From Zootoca vivipara (taxonomy: Eukaryota), in NCBI RefSeq assembly GCF_963506605.1, contig NC_083277.1, positions 41,540,001 through 41,604,000 on the forward strand: a stretch of DNA of 64,000 nt, read 5' to 3'. Position numbers and translations under genes: made by a program. Numbering within the stretch: position 1 is the first letter of the stretch; every line of letters begins with the position of its first letter. Shown piece after piece: positions 24,984 through 38,169 of the stretch. The notes beneath the pieces are model-generated. The model had not been told where the DNA came from and made no database searches. It saw only the letters and a program-made list of their open reading frames with translations.

Positions 24984-25630
24984 TTGTTGTTTAGTCGTGT
25001 CTGACTCTTCGTGACCCCATGGACCAGAGCACGCCAGGCACTCCTGTCTTCCACTGCTTCCCGCAGTTTGGTCTGACTCATGTTGGTAGCCTCGAGAACA
25101 CTGTCCAACCATCTCGTCCTCTGTCGTCCCCTTCTCCTAGTGCAGGCATCCCCAAACTTCGGCCCTCAGATGTTTTGGACTACAATTCCCATCTTCCCCA
25201 ACCACTGGTCCTGTTAGCTAGGATCATGGGAGTTGTAGGCCAAAACATCTGGAGGGCCGCAGTTTGGGGATGCCTGTCCTAGTGCCTTCAATCTTCCCAA
25301 CATCAGGGTCTTTTTCAGGGAGTCTTCTCTTCTCATGAGGTGGCCAAAGTATTGGAGCCTCAGCTTCAGGATCTGTCCTTCCAGTAAGCACTCAGGGCTG
25401 ATTTCCTTAAGAATGGATAGGTTTGATCTTCTTGAAGTCCATGGGACTCTCAAGAGTCTCCTCCAGCACCATAATTCAAAAGCATCAATTCTTCGGCGAT
25501 CAGCCTTCTTTATGGTCCAGCTCTCACTTCCATACATCACTACTGGGAAAACCATAGCTTTAACTATAACGGACCTTTGTCGTCAAGGTGATGTCTCTGC
25601 TTTTAAGATGCTGTCTAGGTTTGCCATTGC
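24984..25630 (-). mobile_element. Bov-B LINE 3' fragment, interrupted by a MITE
   Basis: MVFPVVMYGSESWTIKKADRRRIDAFELWCWRRLLRVPW...EDSLKKTLMLG, resuming as DSVLEATNMSQTKLREAVEDRSAWRALVHGVTKS. Confidence 0.95.
25143..25276. mobile_element. Palindromic hAT MITE (~135 bp) nested in Bov-B
   Basis: TIR caggcatccccaaact / agtttggggatgcctg; perfect 8-bp TSD tcctagtg made of Bov-B sequence. Confidence 0.95.
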
Positions 25631-26152
25631 TCAAGTGAAGGTTTACTTGAGAATAAATCAGCACCCTGGTAATATCTTGTGCTCAGAGTATCCATACATG
25701 ATCAGCACTGCAAATAGCCTTCTTGAGGGTACACCTCTGGCAAGCATCAACCTGACCTAATTATGGTGTCTGGTCAAGATTACTTTGGTGTTAAATTCAT
25801 TATGTGTACATAAGTGGAATTACTTGGGCTTACTTCTAACCGGCTGAATTTACTTTGAAAGCTAATGTGTTTAAGATCCGTTTGCCCACAGGTTTGGTAG
25901 ACCAAACACCTGTTGGAGATCGATTTGGCTACCTCTTAAGCTAACAGTTCTTATGAAAAAAAAATTGACTATCTGGGGCCGATGCCAGTGGAGGAGAAAA
26001 ATAACTGCAGTGTCTTTGGCAACAGTTCCGTATTATTCATAGGAGAGGTGGTATTGTGCAATATATACTTGGCCTGTCAAAGCACACACCATCATTGCTT
26101 TGTGGACAATGAGAGACCTTCAAATCCTATGCCTCTTAGCATAAATGTAATG

Positions 26153-26188
<36 letters not shown>

Positions 26189-27585
26189 CTGGTGTTTTAA
26201 AGACTACAATGACAATCCAAGCTGCTCAGGCGAGTTCCCTCCCTGAGTTCCATAAATATGCCAGTCCTCAGGAAAGGAGGCTCTTTATACAGCATCCAAG
26301 GTTAGAAGGCTACAAAGGTTTGGCCCACTTTATTACCCATTGTCGTCACTGAAGCAGGAAGTGCTTTTTCTACACTGAATAGCTCAAATGAATGTGGCTT
26401 AGATGCCAATACAAGAGCGAGAGACTCTGTGTTGGCTAATACTTGCCTACAGCTCTCCTCACAAAGAGATAGGGCTTCTCAGTCTTCAGAAATCCCCATA
26501 TTGGAACATGACAGAGAGGTTGGAATACCTTTTCCCCACTGATGGCTGCCCATTTTTAAACCCCCATTAAGCCTCCTGGATCTCGTGCACCATCTACATT
26601 TTCCCAAGGCTGTTGCAGAAATCCTCCAGTTGTCCTCTTGCCAAGACGTGGCTCAAGGAGCATTTTTCTCTTGCGGTATGAAAAATGCAGGAAATCTCTC
26701 AGTAAATTTATTGTACATCATCCCTTTTCTTCTGCTTCCATGCATGCAAAATCCTGGCATTTCCCCTTTCCTACAGATCCTCAGTCTATGTACTGGCGCC
26801 CCCTGTGGACATGTTTGCTTGTCATGAAATTGATCTAACCATCCCCGGGCTCTCATTTTGCTTTGGGAGAATCTATTGTGAATATATTTAAAAGGAATGC
26901 AATTATTGTCTAGATACATAGAGAGGTTAGGATGTGTGCATCATGTACTGGAAGACAATTCTGTATCAGACCATCTGAGGAGACAGAATGGGAATTAGAG
27001 GAAATGTTCCTTTTGAAAACATGAACCACAATTTAAAAATTGTGTAATGCACATATATAAACAAGTTTTCAAACTGGTTTAACAATCATAGCTTCCCTGA
27101 AGATGTAGACCTACAATTCCTAGGGCTCTTTGTGAGGAAGTTGTGACTTCTTAGGGCGGCGTGAGCATACATTTTAATTCACTGATCAAACATTTTTATG
27201 ATAATGACTATGGTTGATTCATCCCTGACTCACAACTTTGTTATCTGCATGCCTGTAGAATGCAACTTGCAAAGTCAGATTTTTTCCACATTCAAACTGA
27301 TAACAATGTTATAATATTTATAATGACAATCACAGTTTTGCTGGGCCTCAGAAATATTTGATTTGCCTGGGAAGAAGGGAATGTCAAAAAACTAACTGTA
27401 AACAAACTCATAATATAAAACAGGTAGAAATCACAGAACAGTTTCAGTGTCCATGTGACTTAGGATGGGGAGCTGGGCGAAAACTCCCATCATTGTTGAT
27501 CACTGAGCAAGCTGGCTGGGGCTGCTGAGATTTGGAGTCTGACATTGGGGGGGGGCACAGTCTCCCCTTTCCTGATGTACAAAGA

Positions 27586-27895
27586 TAAAGGTAAAAGGTA
27601 AAGGTACCCCTGACCGTTAGGTCCAGTCACAGATGACTCTGGGGTTGCACGCTCATCTTGCTCTATAGGCCGAGGGAGCCAGCATTTGTCCGCAGACAGC
27701 TTCCAGGTGCAGCACACGGAAACGCCGTTTACCTTCCCGCCGGAGTGGTACCTATTTATCTATTTACACTTTGACGTGCTTTCAAACTGCTAGGTGGGCA
27801 GGAGCTGGGACCGAATAACAGGAGCTCACCCCATCATGGGGATTCGAACTGGCAACCTTTCGATTGGTTTAGACCACAGCACCACCCACATCCCC
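27586..27895 (-). mobile_element. Sauria SINE with internal deletion
   Basis: aaaggtaaaaggtaaaggtacccctgacc tail; reverse complement of the 23720 element. Confidence 0.9.
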
Positions 27896-28413
27896 GCTCC
27901 TGATGTACAAACTCCACCGATATTTCTGGAACCACTGCAAGCAGCTTCCAAAGGCAAACAGTAGCACATCAAATCCAGCACAGATCAACTGGCACTAGCT
28001 TGGGTCATGTGGATTTGCTCTGAGATATGTTCCCAGAGAATCCAGAGGGAGACAAGAAGCTGGAAGACAATTCAGCAAACACTTGCCTGGCCTCCATTTC
28101 CTCCCCACACAGAATCAGATTAGCTGATTGGCAGCGTTCAGCAGTCATTTTGTAAAGACTTGGGGAGCCCCCTCTTCATCACATCTCAGGGCAGATACCT
28201 TTGGTTGGGGCAGCACTTCTGACTTCTACTTACCAGTCAGGATGGTCAGCTTCTGGCCTTTTCCAGTGAAGTTGAGCATATGGTAACGGACAGCGCATGT
28301 TTTTATGCCCACAATTGCTTAGGAGACGTTTGTTTGTTTCTTCCTTCCACTTAGGGCTTTACTCAGGCTTCCCTTGTCACTGCAGCCCATATGAGACCCA
28401 GCTGACAGCCCTT

Positions 28414-28827
28414 AATAATAATATTATAATAATAATATATTATTTATACCTCGCCCATCTGGCTGGGTTTCCTCAGCCACTCTGGGTGTCTCCCAACAGA
28501 ATAGTAAAAACACAACAAAAGATCAAACATTAAAAACTTCCCTAAACAGGGCTGCCTTCAGATGTCTTCTAAAAGTCAGGTAGTTGTTTATTTCCTTGAC
28601 ATCTGACGGAAGGGCGTTCCACAGGGCTGGCGCCACTACTGAGAAGGCCCTCTGCCTGGTTCCCTGTAACCTTGCTTCTTGCAATGAGGGAACAGCCAGA
28701 AGGCCCTCGGCGCTGGACCACAGAGTCCTGGCTGAATGATGGGGGTGGAGACGCTCCTTCAGGTATACAGGGCCAAGGCCATTTAGGGCTTTAAAGGTCA
28801 GCACCAACACTTTGAATTGTGCTCGGA
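28414..28827 (-). mobile_element. L2 LINE 3' fragment
   Basis: RAQFKVLVLTFKALNGLGPVYLKERL...LKAALFREVF; probable TSD agctg(a/c)cagcc. Confidence 0.93.
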
Positions 28828-29704
28828 AGCTGCCAGCCTCCTCACCCACTCCTTCACCTCTTCCTTCAACCCACCATTTTGGTTCAAGGGGACAGACTCC
28901 CAAGTGGTACATGATCCTTTGGAGAAACTGAAGCCAAAGCCCTTAAGAGGAAACATCTGGCTTTTTTTCATCTGTGGGGCACTTACTGTTCTGTACATCT
29001 GTGGTGAGAAGTTTCATTAAGAGTCCGAAACCAAGACTCTGGGACCCGGTGAAGTGTTCTCGCACTGTGTCCGCACATGTACTAGCATGATAAGCTAGCA
29101 TGGACCTCAAACGAGCATCTCTCAGTGAGGTTCAGAGGCACTGCGGGAAGGCATGAAGTGGGCCTGTGTAGGGAATCAGGCCCTGGGAGCTGATGAGTCC
29201 CATCTATGCAAATAAGAAGCCACTTGCAGCATTCAAAAGAAGGGAAAGGATGCTCTCCAATTCTCTGGTGGGTCTGGAGGCAAGGGCGCTGGCCAGAAAC
29301 AGGCCTGCTGTGACTCAGAAAGGCCAAAAAGTGGAAGTGGGGGGTGAATGGCCACTGGGGACAGACAAAGAAGCAAAGAAGATTCGGTGGTCAAGGAGGG
29401 GAAGCTCTCAGGCTGCTGAGGAGTCAAGTCCCTGTCGTCCTGATGGGTGTTTGGAAGTCATACAGGAAACTGAGGTTGTGGTTGACCATCCCTCCTAGAA
29501 AGGCTGGCCTAGTATGGTTAGCTCTTCTTCAGAGTAGAAGAAGTGGCTCAGGAGGAATGGTGGCATTTGCATGAGCAACAGCTCAGGAGGAGGGAGATAG
29601 GCCTCTTTTTACAATAACAAAAGACAACCATGAAATGTAATAATAATGGTACCTCTGCTTGTTTCTCACCTTTGGTCGTCTTTCTGTGAGAACAGACTAC
29701 ATGA

Positions 29705-30040
29705 CAGGCATGGGGAATGTGAGGTCTAGGGGTCAAATGTGGCTCTCAGGGCCTTCTATCTGGCCTGGGGAGAGTCCCCTTCCTCAGCCACACCCCTCAT
29801 TGGCCCTGCTTTACATCTTCCTTGCAGGTTCTTGCCTGACTGCTAATGCCTCTTGCTTGTCTGAATGGAGGCCAGAGAGGAGTATGCATGCAGAAACTAG
29901 CCTACTGTTCAAACGCAAAATTCACATTCATTGCTCTGTCCACATCGACCCCTGGTCCCAGCCCACCACTGGAACCTGGCCCTCAGAGGGTTGCCAAGAA
30001 GATAATGTGGCCCTCAAGCTGAAAAGGGTTCTCCACCCTT
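29705..30040. mobile_element. Old hAT (Charlie-like) element; related copy at about 53670-54018
   Basis: Termini caggcatgggga / tctccaccc; shared internal text aatgcctcttgcttg.ctg.atggagg. Confidence 0.6.
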
Positions 30041-30161
30041 GTTGTATGGTTTGTAAAACTGGAGTCACTGTTTGCGTTGTTGGAGTTTGGTAAATATACT
30101 GCAACCCTCCAGTAAGACTATCAGTTGGCAAACAAAGCCATTCTAAGTGTAGGTTTTACAC

Positions 30162-30297
30162 CTGGCATAGGCAAACTTGGCCCTCCAGATGTTTTGAGAC
30201 TACAACTCCCACCATCCCTAGCTAACAGGACCAGTGGTCAGGGATGATGGGAGTTGTAGTCCCAAAACATCTGGAGGGCCAAGTTTGCCTACGCCTG
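30162..30297. mobile_element. Palindromic hAT MITE
   Basis: TIR ctggcataggcaaactt / aagtttgcctacgcctg; perfect TSD ttttacac. Confidence 0.92.
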
Positions 30298-31857
30298 TTT
30301 TACACCATCCTGAGAAAACTCCTTTCTCCCCATTTTATTTTATTTATTCTTTGGTAGATTTACAAAAAGAAAAACGCAAAGAGACAAGGTTAGATGTGGG
30401 CTCAAAAAGCATTCCCCCCCCAAAAAAAATCAAGACTCCTTGTGCTCTGCTCTGCTCCCCCTTTCTTCCTACCCAGGGTGGTCCTCTGCCTGCCTCTCAG
30501 AGCTGGTGCATAATGGAGGGCTGGGCCTTGGTGGCAGCAGTCTCCTCCTTTTCACCCTCTCTCCAGCAGCTGCTATGAGCTGCCCAAGGGAGGAGGCTGG
30601 CAGCAGCGGCCATGGACAGGCCATGGGATGCTCCCTTGCTGCTGCTGCCACCGCTACTCGGGACAAGTGCCGGCTCACCCCCCTCCCTGAGCTCAGGGGC
30701 GGGGAGAAATTGGGACATCCTGAGATCAAATCAGAAGCCTGGGTGGCCTTCAGAATTCTGAGACTGTCCCTGTAAAATTGGGGCACTTGGAGGGTATGCT
30801 TTCTGTCTGTTGCCTCCCCTCGTTGGTTCAGGTAACTTATTGCAAGTGTTGCTGCCTTACTCTCAACAGGTGTGCACTTTGTTGCTTAGTCTTAAGCTGA
30901 CAGCCGTGTTTCTGTGTTGCGTCTGTGACATTCTCAGATAGCTAACCTTTCAGGATATGAGCGGCTAGGCCCCTGCAAGTGAAGTTGCCAGACCGAGAAC
31001 CTTCTCCAGTGCCAGGGTTGCGGGTGAGAAGCCTTCGCCAAGGAGGGATGAAACCACCACTAGCGGAGAAGAGACATCAGAAGAACTCATCAAGCAAGAT
31101 CAACACTTTCAAATAATCCCATCCTGGGCAGACGGAAAGACAAGCCACAAAGGGAATTCTGATAAAGGAGCTGTCCTCAAAATGCCACTAGCGCTCGCAG
31201 TTGGCATCTCCTGGCCTGTTATTTTCCCTGTGCCAAGTATGCAGGCTGTTAAAAGCAGATTGCTAGAGGGGACATCCTGGGTCCTGACTTGAAGGTAATG
31301 AGAGGATCCATTGACAATATCCCAGCCTTTTAACTGAGAGAATCTCCTTCCTGAGCTCATTGACATCGACAGGGCTCTCGGTGGGGAGAGCTGTCTGGTA
31401 GCAGTCTTCTTCTACCTGGCAAATAGATCCCCTGTTCTCAAGAGGAGGCACAAACAGAGATTGTGTGGGTGAGCTAGTCCTTTCATCTCTTCTGCTGTAA
31501 CATGAAACGGACAAAGAAAGCCATTTGTTTTGCTGCACTGGTTCAAGACAGGAGGAAATGCAAAATATACGAAGTGGTGGGTTTTTGTTTGTTTTTTTTA
31601 GCAGCAGGGTATAAATCCATAAAACATAAATATGAAATGATTTACTGGACCAACTTCTGTTGTGGTAAGGGAGGGTACGGCAGGTTCCGAGTTATATTGG
31701 ATTGTTCACTGAGGAGAACAGGGGATTCTGGTCAACAAAGTCATTGGAATTCATGGCCCTAACTTAGTCATGTTCATTATGTTCAATGGGTCTACTCTGA
31801 TTAAAACTTAGTTGAACACCACATTGTGTAGTTCAAAGGCTTGCATATTCTCTGTGT

Positions 31858-32168
31858 CAGTGTTTCTCAAACTTGGGTCTCCAGCTGTTTTAGGACTACA
31901 ACTCTCATCATACGAGCCAACTCCTGGAGGACGAGGTCCCTTCAGCCCCCTCAATAAAACATTTGAGGACACACACACACCCCAGTTGATGGGCATTGCC
32001 GTTCAAATAGTGTGCATGCGCTGTGTCTTGTGATCAGTAATGCAAAGTAATCCCTCAAGTAAGTTGGCACCACTGATTCCCATCATCTTTAGCTAGCAGG
32101 ACCAGTGGTCAGGGATGATAGGAGTTGTAGTCTAACAACAGCTGGTGACCCAAGTTTGAGAAACGCTG
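31858..32168. mobile_element. hAT MITE with a second TIR element nested at about 31909-32075
   Basis: Outer TIR cagtgtttctcaaacttgggtc / gacccaagtttgagaaacgctg; inner ends catacgagccaact / agttggcaccactg with TSD actctcat vs attcccat. Confidence 0.75.
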
Positions 32169-32599
32169 CTCTATGCAATGTACATTTTCCTCTCCCTCAA
32201 GTGCCATCTCACATCAGCCGGTCTATCAGGGTGCAGCAGAGTGAGGGAAGGGGAAATGGGTGCTGCCACCAGCTCTACTGAGTCCCCCACCCCTAGTCTG
32301 CGCCCTGATTGACTGCGACTCTCCAGGGTTTTAGTCAAGGGTCTTTGACAGCCCTTCTTGGAGATGCCAAGGGTGGAGCCACCGATCTTCTGCATGTAAA
32401 GTGTGTACGTGCACAGAAGCCAATAGATTCACACGGATGAGTTTTGTAGGCACCTCTTTAGGATCATACATACACTGCCTATTCTCCTAATTCCGTCTCC
32501 TGAAGCACTAAAGTGTTTGTAAAAAGAAAAAGAAAAGAAACCACAAACCTCCCACAGACTCTCATAAAGCAATCAGAAGCCAAAGATTAAAGGGGGGGG

Positions 32600-33550
32600 G
32601 GAGTATCTGTTCTCTGCTCGCTGAAGATGTCCCACCACCCAGACCGGAGACTCCTCTTAGGTTTGACGCGGTTCCGAATTCCAGCCTCTTCCCCAGGCTA
32701 TTGGCAGGGTCCCCCTAGCTGCGGCAGAGGGCACTGCACTATCTGCCAAGGCCCCAGCTCAGGTATGCCTCCAATTCCCTGGAGTGACAGGAATGCCCTT
32801 TGTGGAAGGCAAGATTAGAGGCAGCACACGGCTGCACAGCCTCAGCCCAGGTGACAGGAGAAGTGAGCCCCGCGCTCTGTTGAAAAACAAGACGGCGGCG
32901 AGAGAGAGAGAAAAGTGACAGCCTTGGAAGGAGTCCAGTGGAAGGGGGGGGAGGTTTGAGGAAGAGTCTTCTGCACAAAGGGCCAGCCTGTCTTCACACC
33001 TGCTCGGACATCCAGGGAGCACGGAGGCCCAAGGCGTACAGTTGGGGGGGGGGAACACGCACGCACACTGACAGATAGAAGCAGGGGGGGGGAATAATTC
33101 TCACTGAAAGAAGCATGTCATTGGGAGATAGCTCCGTGAGACACTTCAAATAAAGGGAAGCAGCCGTGGTGACAGGATACATTCTTTGCCTCAAATGTGC
33201 TGCAGGGCCGTGAGTGCCAGAGAGACATCGGGGAGGGGCCGGGGGCGACGGCATGCGGGGGGATGGAGAGCAGAGAGAGAGAAAAGGCTATTTGAGTTGC
33301 ATCAAAGGCGACTCCCAGTGACACGCAGTTGAAAGCCCTTGTGAAACGATAGCCGGCCTGAAAGCCGGCTCAGCACAGGACGCTTTGTTCTTTGATTGGC
33401 CCAGTCACTTCGCTCTCCACTTTCCCAACACTGGGCAAAAACAAGCAGGCTGGGAGCTGGGCATGCTTCCTTCTCATGGAGGCAGGCCAAGGCATCCGGA
33501 GGCGTAAGGCCAGTGCGAAGTTCCCGTTCTTAAGTTCGATTGGTCCAGCC
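32600..33550 (-). promoter_or_regulatory. GC/CpG-enriched candidate promoter and 5' exon region
   Basis: Non-repetitive, locally CpG-enriched; CCAAT boxes on minus (ATTGG 33395-33399 and 33539-33543); TCF/LEF motifs ATCAAAG 33301-33307 and CTTTGAT 33390-33396; SOX-type CTTTGTT 33383-33389; strand is inferred. Confidence 0.5.
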
Positions 33551-33756
33551 TTTCAAGCACATGTCCAACAAACCCAAAGGTTCTGCCGCTTTTTGTTTTT
33601 CTCCTCACAACAACCGTGTGAAGTAGGCTGAGGGAGATAGCGAGTGGCCCAACGTCACCCAGTGGGGTGGGGATCCGAAACTGGGTCCCCCCAGGTCCAG
33701 GACTCTAAGCACAACACCACACTCAGCACACGCAGTGCAACTCAGCAGAGGGCAAG

Positions 33757-33799
<43 letters not shown>

Positions 33800-34744
33800 T
33801 TTTAAAGTGCAGCAGGGTGGATGGGATGGGGAGCTGAATTCTCCATAACCACCAACTTTGAAGATAAGTTATTTCTATTCACGGGGTCCCACCATGCCTG
33901 TAAAGATTAGTGTGGGGAAGGGAAGGATTCACTCCCCACTCCTACAAGGTTAATGGTATATTTAACACTTCTCCTTCCCTTAGCACCCCCACCCCTGCTT
34001 TTTAGAGATTTGGCAGTGGCCAAGTCATCATCGACTGCAGCACAATCCTATACTTGGAAGTGAGTCCTGTTATGTCTGATGAGATTTACATCCAGTAGGT
34101 GTGCACACACCAGAAGTGGGAAAACCTTCTCCAACCAAAATGGCCACATTCCCTCAGGGGGTCACATGCCAGTTGTGGGTTGGGCCAGAACCAAAAGTGG
34201 GTGAGACCAGACCACCCTCTCCACCCCATTCCTTCCCTTTCCCCCACACCGCCCCTCCTTCAGTCTATTCACACCATTCTCTCCCCCCCCCCTCTCTCTC
34301 ACACACACACCTTCAATTTGCATTGAGGAAATGCCTGTACATTGCCGCCCTTGTTTAGAAGCTTGGAGATTCCCAGTTCAGGCTCCTCTCCATGATGCTT
34401 GGAAGCAGTTGGGAATTTACGTAGCTGAATGTGCCTATCAGCTACTTGGCATGGAAGGGAGAAGGGCAGGGACTAAATCCAGCCAAACTGGCATGGCCAA
34501 TTGTTGGGAATGATGGGCTTTCTTATTCCACAACAGCTGAAGGTCCACAGAGTTTCTAACCGGGGCTATGTATGTGCAGATCCAGCTAATGGAATGGGCT
34601 TAGGAACCACATGTCCAAGGATTATTTCCACGAATAATTCCCATTAGAGTTAAGGAAACCACTTCCATACATGTTTGGATCCTCAGTATGTATTCTCCAA
34701 AGGAATATTCAGCGTTGTGGGCCCAAGCCTGTGGAGTCATGGGA

Positions 34745-34897
34745 TCATAAAATTGGGAGTTGGGAGTTGGGAGGGACCCTGAGGATCATGTCGTCCAACC
34801 CCCTCCAATGCAGGAATATGCAGCTGTCCCATATGGGGCTCTAACCTGCAACTTTGGCATTAGAGCACCATGCTCTAACTAACTGAGCTATCCAGGC
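34745..34897 (-). mobile_element. SINE with tRNA-Ile-derived head and CR1-derived tail
   Basis: Minus strand gcctggatagctcagttagttagagcatggtgctctaatgccaaagttgcaggttagagccccatatgggaca, then gctgcatattcctgcattggagggggttggac. Confidence 0.8.
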
Positions 34898-35052
34898 ATA
34901 ACTCCCACCCAGCTGATATTAGACAGGCACCCCCTTTGCTGAGTTTCATACAGGTGGCATAGGCTTATTCCAGCAGGCATTTTAAGGTGGTGCTCAGGTT
35001 TCTGATTGATTTTTGGATTATTTTTCCTTGTTTTGTCCTTTGTATGCCACTT

Positions 35053-35402
35053 GGGTGGTGCTGTGGGTTAAACCACAGAGCCTAGGACTTGCCGATCAGA
35101 AGGTCGGCGGTTCGACTCCCCGCGATGGGGTGAGCTCCCGTTGCTCGGTCCCTGCTCCTGCCAACCTAGCAGTTCGAAAGCACGTCAAAGTGCAAGTACT
35201 GTAGATAAATAGGGACTGCTCCAGCGGGAAGGTAAATGCCATTTCCGTGCGCTGCTCTGGTTTGCGAGAAAGCAGCTTAGTCATGCTGACCACATGACCC
35301 AGAAGCTATACGCCGGCTCCCTCAGCCAGTAAAGCGAGATTAGCCCCGCAACCTCAGAGACATCTGCAACTGGACGGTCAGGGGTCCCTTTACCTTTACC
35401 TT
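35053..35402 (+). mobile_element. Sauria SINE
   Basis: Same body as 23720; TSD tatgccacttgg. Confidence 0.93.
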
Positions 35403-35429
35403 ATGCCACTTGGAAATTCTAATGAAAAT

Positions 35430-35618
35430 CTCAGTTCTCGAACTCCTCCATTTTGGAACGTTTCGGCTCCTGAACGTCGAAAACCCAGAAGTAATTGCTA
35501 TGCGGCTTCTATTTTGAGTTTTCCTATTGCACTGAGACTTCTGCTTTCAGTTTTCGAACGTTTTGGAAGTCAAACAGTCTTCTGGAACGGATTACGTTCA
35601 ACGACCAAGGTTTGACTG
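35430..35618. mobile_element. Partial Tigger-like MITE
   Basis: Right end ccaaggtttgactg followed by TA; internal inverted segments; left end not identified. Confidence 0.55.
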
Positions 35619-35799
35619 TACCATAAATAAATAAGCCAGTCACCCTTCAAAATTCACACTTCTGTAAATTTCACAGTTCTCCAACAAGAATAGTTTCATT
35701 GCTGAAGAAATTGCATCAAGCTGTACTGTATACCGTATATTAGTGAAAATAATATAAAATACATTGTCTTAGGGAGAGTTGCTTATAAAATGCATGTAT

Positions 35800-36073
35800 C
35801 TGGAAGGACAGATTGTGAAGCTGAGGCTCCAATACTTTGGCCACCTCATGAGAAGAGAAGACTCCCTGGAAAAGACCCTGATGTTGGGAAAGATTGAGGG
35901 CACTAGGAGAAGGGGACGACAGAGGATGAGATGGTTGGACAGTGTTCTTGAAGCTACGAACATGAGTTTGACCAAACTGCGGGAGGCAGTGGAAGACAGG
36001 AGTGCCTGGCGTGCTATGGTCCATGGGGTCACGAAGAGTCGGACACGACTAAACGACTAAACAACAACAACAA
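35800..36073 (+). mobile_element. Bov-B 3' fragment inserted in an AT-rich hAT-type element (about 35640-36170)
   Basis: LEGQIVKLRLQYFGHLMRREDSLEK...VTKSRTRLND stop, then (CAA)n. Confidence 0.95.
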
Positions 36074-37056
36074 CATATTAGGAGAATATTGCACTAAAAG
36101 GATGACAAGTTTTCATGAGGGCGTTTTTTGTAAAAATTTAAATTGATGTGGAAATGTAGAGAACGCAACTTAAGACTGGGGTGGGGGGAAGGAACTGAAA
36201 AAGGCAGGGGGCATTTCCAACCCTACCTAAGAATGCCAGGGTTTGACCTTCTTCATGCAAGGCAGATGCTCTATATCTGAGCTGCAGCCCTTCCCCAAAG
36301 TAGCCTTCAGTGTAAATGAGTATGAAAGGGGGGCGGAGAAAAGTGGGTATTTTCCCCAACTCACAGAATAGCACATGTTTCTGTACGGCATGGTGAACCC
36401 ACATTAGTGATGGCAAATGTGAGATTAAATGCAAGGATGCCCTAGAGAATTTTGCATCCTTACACAGAGACCCCTGGGGGTGTCCCCATTTTTGGCATTG
36501 GGAAAGTTCTTCAGCCTGGGATGGGTGGACCATTGTGGGCCAAAGTACAGAGTGAGCATGGAGAGAGGACAGTACTGTTCTTATGCTGGTGAAGCCTGAC
36601 ATCACGAGGCAGCCTAATCCAGAGTCCACAGTCCCCAAGACCCTGCAAGCTGTCATAAACCACAAGCTCAGTTCTAATCTGTCCTGGATACTTTCCCAAA
36701 TTGACGAAAGACTGCCCTGGTTGGTCAAGGCTTTCTATATCCCATGGTAGATTATGTACACAGTGACCACATAGATACCACCATCATACATATACACAGT
36801 TTTTTTGTTTTTGTTTTTAATGGATCTCTCAAGGAACCCAGGCTGAAAATTCTCCATGAAATCTGAACTAACTTCTAGCAAAACGTCTTATCCCACAGTG
36901 TTGTTTTTTGTTTTGTTTTTTTTAGGTAGTGGTGGTGGGAACATGAGAACTTTTCTCAGGATTTCCTGTTTGGAAGTAGTGACAAGGGCGAGGTGGGTTA
37001 AGTTTGCAGTGCTGTCATTCCAATGCTTGTCTCTAGATTTCAAACCATTTCTTTTT

Positions 37057-37548
37057 GTTGTTGTTGTTTAGTCATTTAGTTGTGTCCGACTCTTCGTGAC
37101 CCCATGGACCATAGCACGCCAGGCACTCCTGTCTTGCACTGCCTCCCGCAGTTTGGTCAAACTCATGTTCGTAGCTTCGAGAACACTGTCCAACCATCTC
37201 GTCCTCTGTTGTCCCCTTCTCCTAGTGCCCTCAATCTTTCCCAACATCAGGGTCTTTTCCAGGGAGTCTTCTCTTCTCATGAGGTGGCCAAAGTATTGGA
37301 GCCTCAGCTTCACGATCTGTCCTTCCAGTGAGCACTCAGGGCTGATTTCCTTCAGAATTGATAGGTTTGAGCTTCTTGCAGTCCATGGGACTCTCAAGAG
37401 TCTCCTCCAGCACCATAATTCAAAAGCATCAATTGTTTGGCGATCGGCCTTCTTTATGGTCCAGCTCTCACTTCCATACGTCACTGCTGGGAAAACCATA
37501 GCTTTAACTATACGGACCTTTGTCGGCAAGGTGATGTCTCTGCTTTTT
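37057..37548 (-). mobile_element. Bov-B 3' fragment
   Basis: Uninterrupted 153-aa ORF 37068-37529 of Bov-B ORF C-terminus. Confidence 0.96.
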
Positions 37549-38169
37549 AAAAACCACTAAAATGCTAGGAGAGTCGCCAGTAATCCCTGCTATGGTGCTG
37601 TAAAGTGTAGTGTTTATTGTTTATTTTTTTAAAATAATAATAATAATAAAAAGCTGATGCATTTAAAGCCATTCAACTCCTGGCCCAGACAGGAATATTC
37701 CAGACTAATTTGCTGATAATTCAGTTTTCTTTGAAAAAATCTATGTCCCTTTATCCTCACAGTGATATAGAATGAAATCAGTACAGACCAGTACCATTCT
37801 ACCCAATTTCTCTGTACCAGCAGCCTTACAACATTCACTGGTGTTCGTAGGCCACCAAGTGACATAGCAAAAAGAAAGTGAAGCCACAATGAACCCAATG
37901 TATCTTCTGGTGGGGTCTATGGAAGCAAACAAAATAGATGGCTGCCTCACTAACCTCAGCACTGGTGGTCAACACAGAAGAAGGCATAGAGGGCCCCCTT
38001 GAGACTGGTGCGTGTGTGTATTCTGCCACATGTGACGGACAGTACATTAGTGGTGGATTTATACTGGACTACCCACACCTCATTCCAAATTATTAGCTGT
38101 TCTGCAATGTTTCCCCAGTGTCGCTGCTTTATTGCCATGTGCAGGCAAAAGCTTGCACTACAGTGCAAC

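Noticed and set aside
25880-25960. Possible mitochondrial tRNA (NUMT) fragment
   Set aside because: Only a short aagaactgttag resemblance; no cloverleaf and no flanking mitochondrial sequence
29193-29230. CTGATGAG as a hammerhead core (also at about 43226)
   Set aside because: No stem II closed by GAAA and no stem I pairing follows
36138-36728. 196-aa minus ORF (likewise 40791-41387, 198 aa)
   Set aside because: No motifs or splice support; the first crosses a SINE
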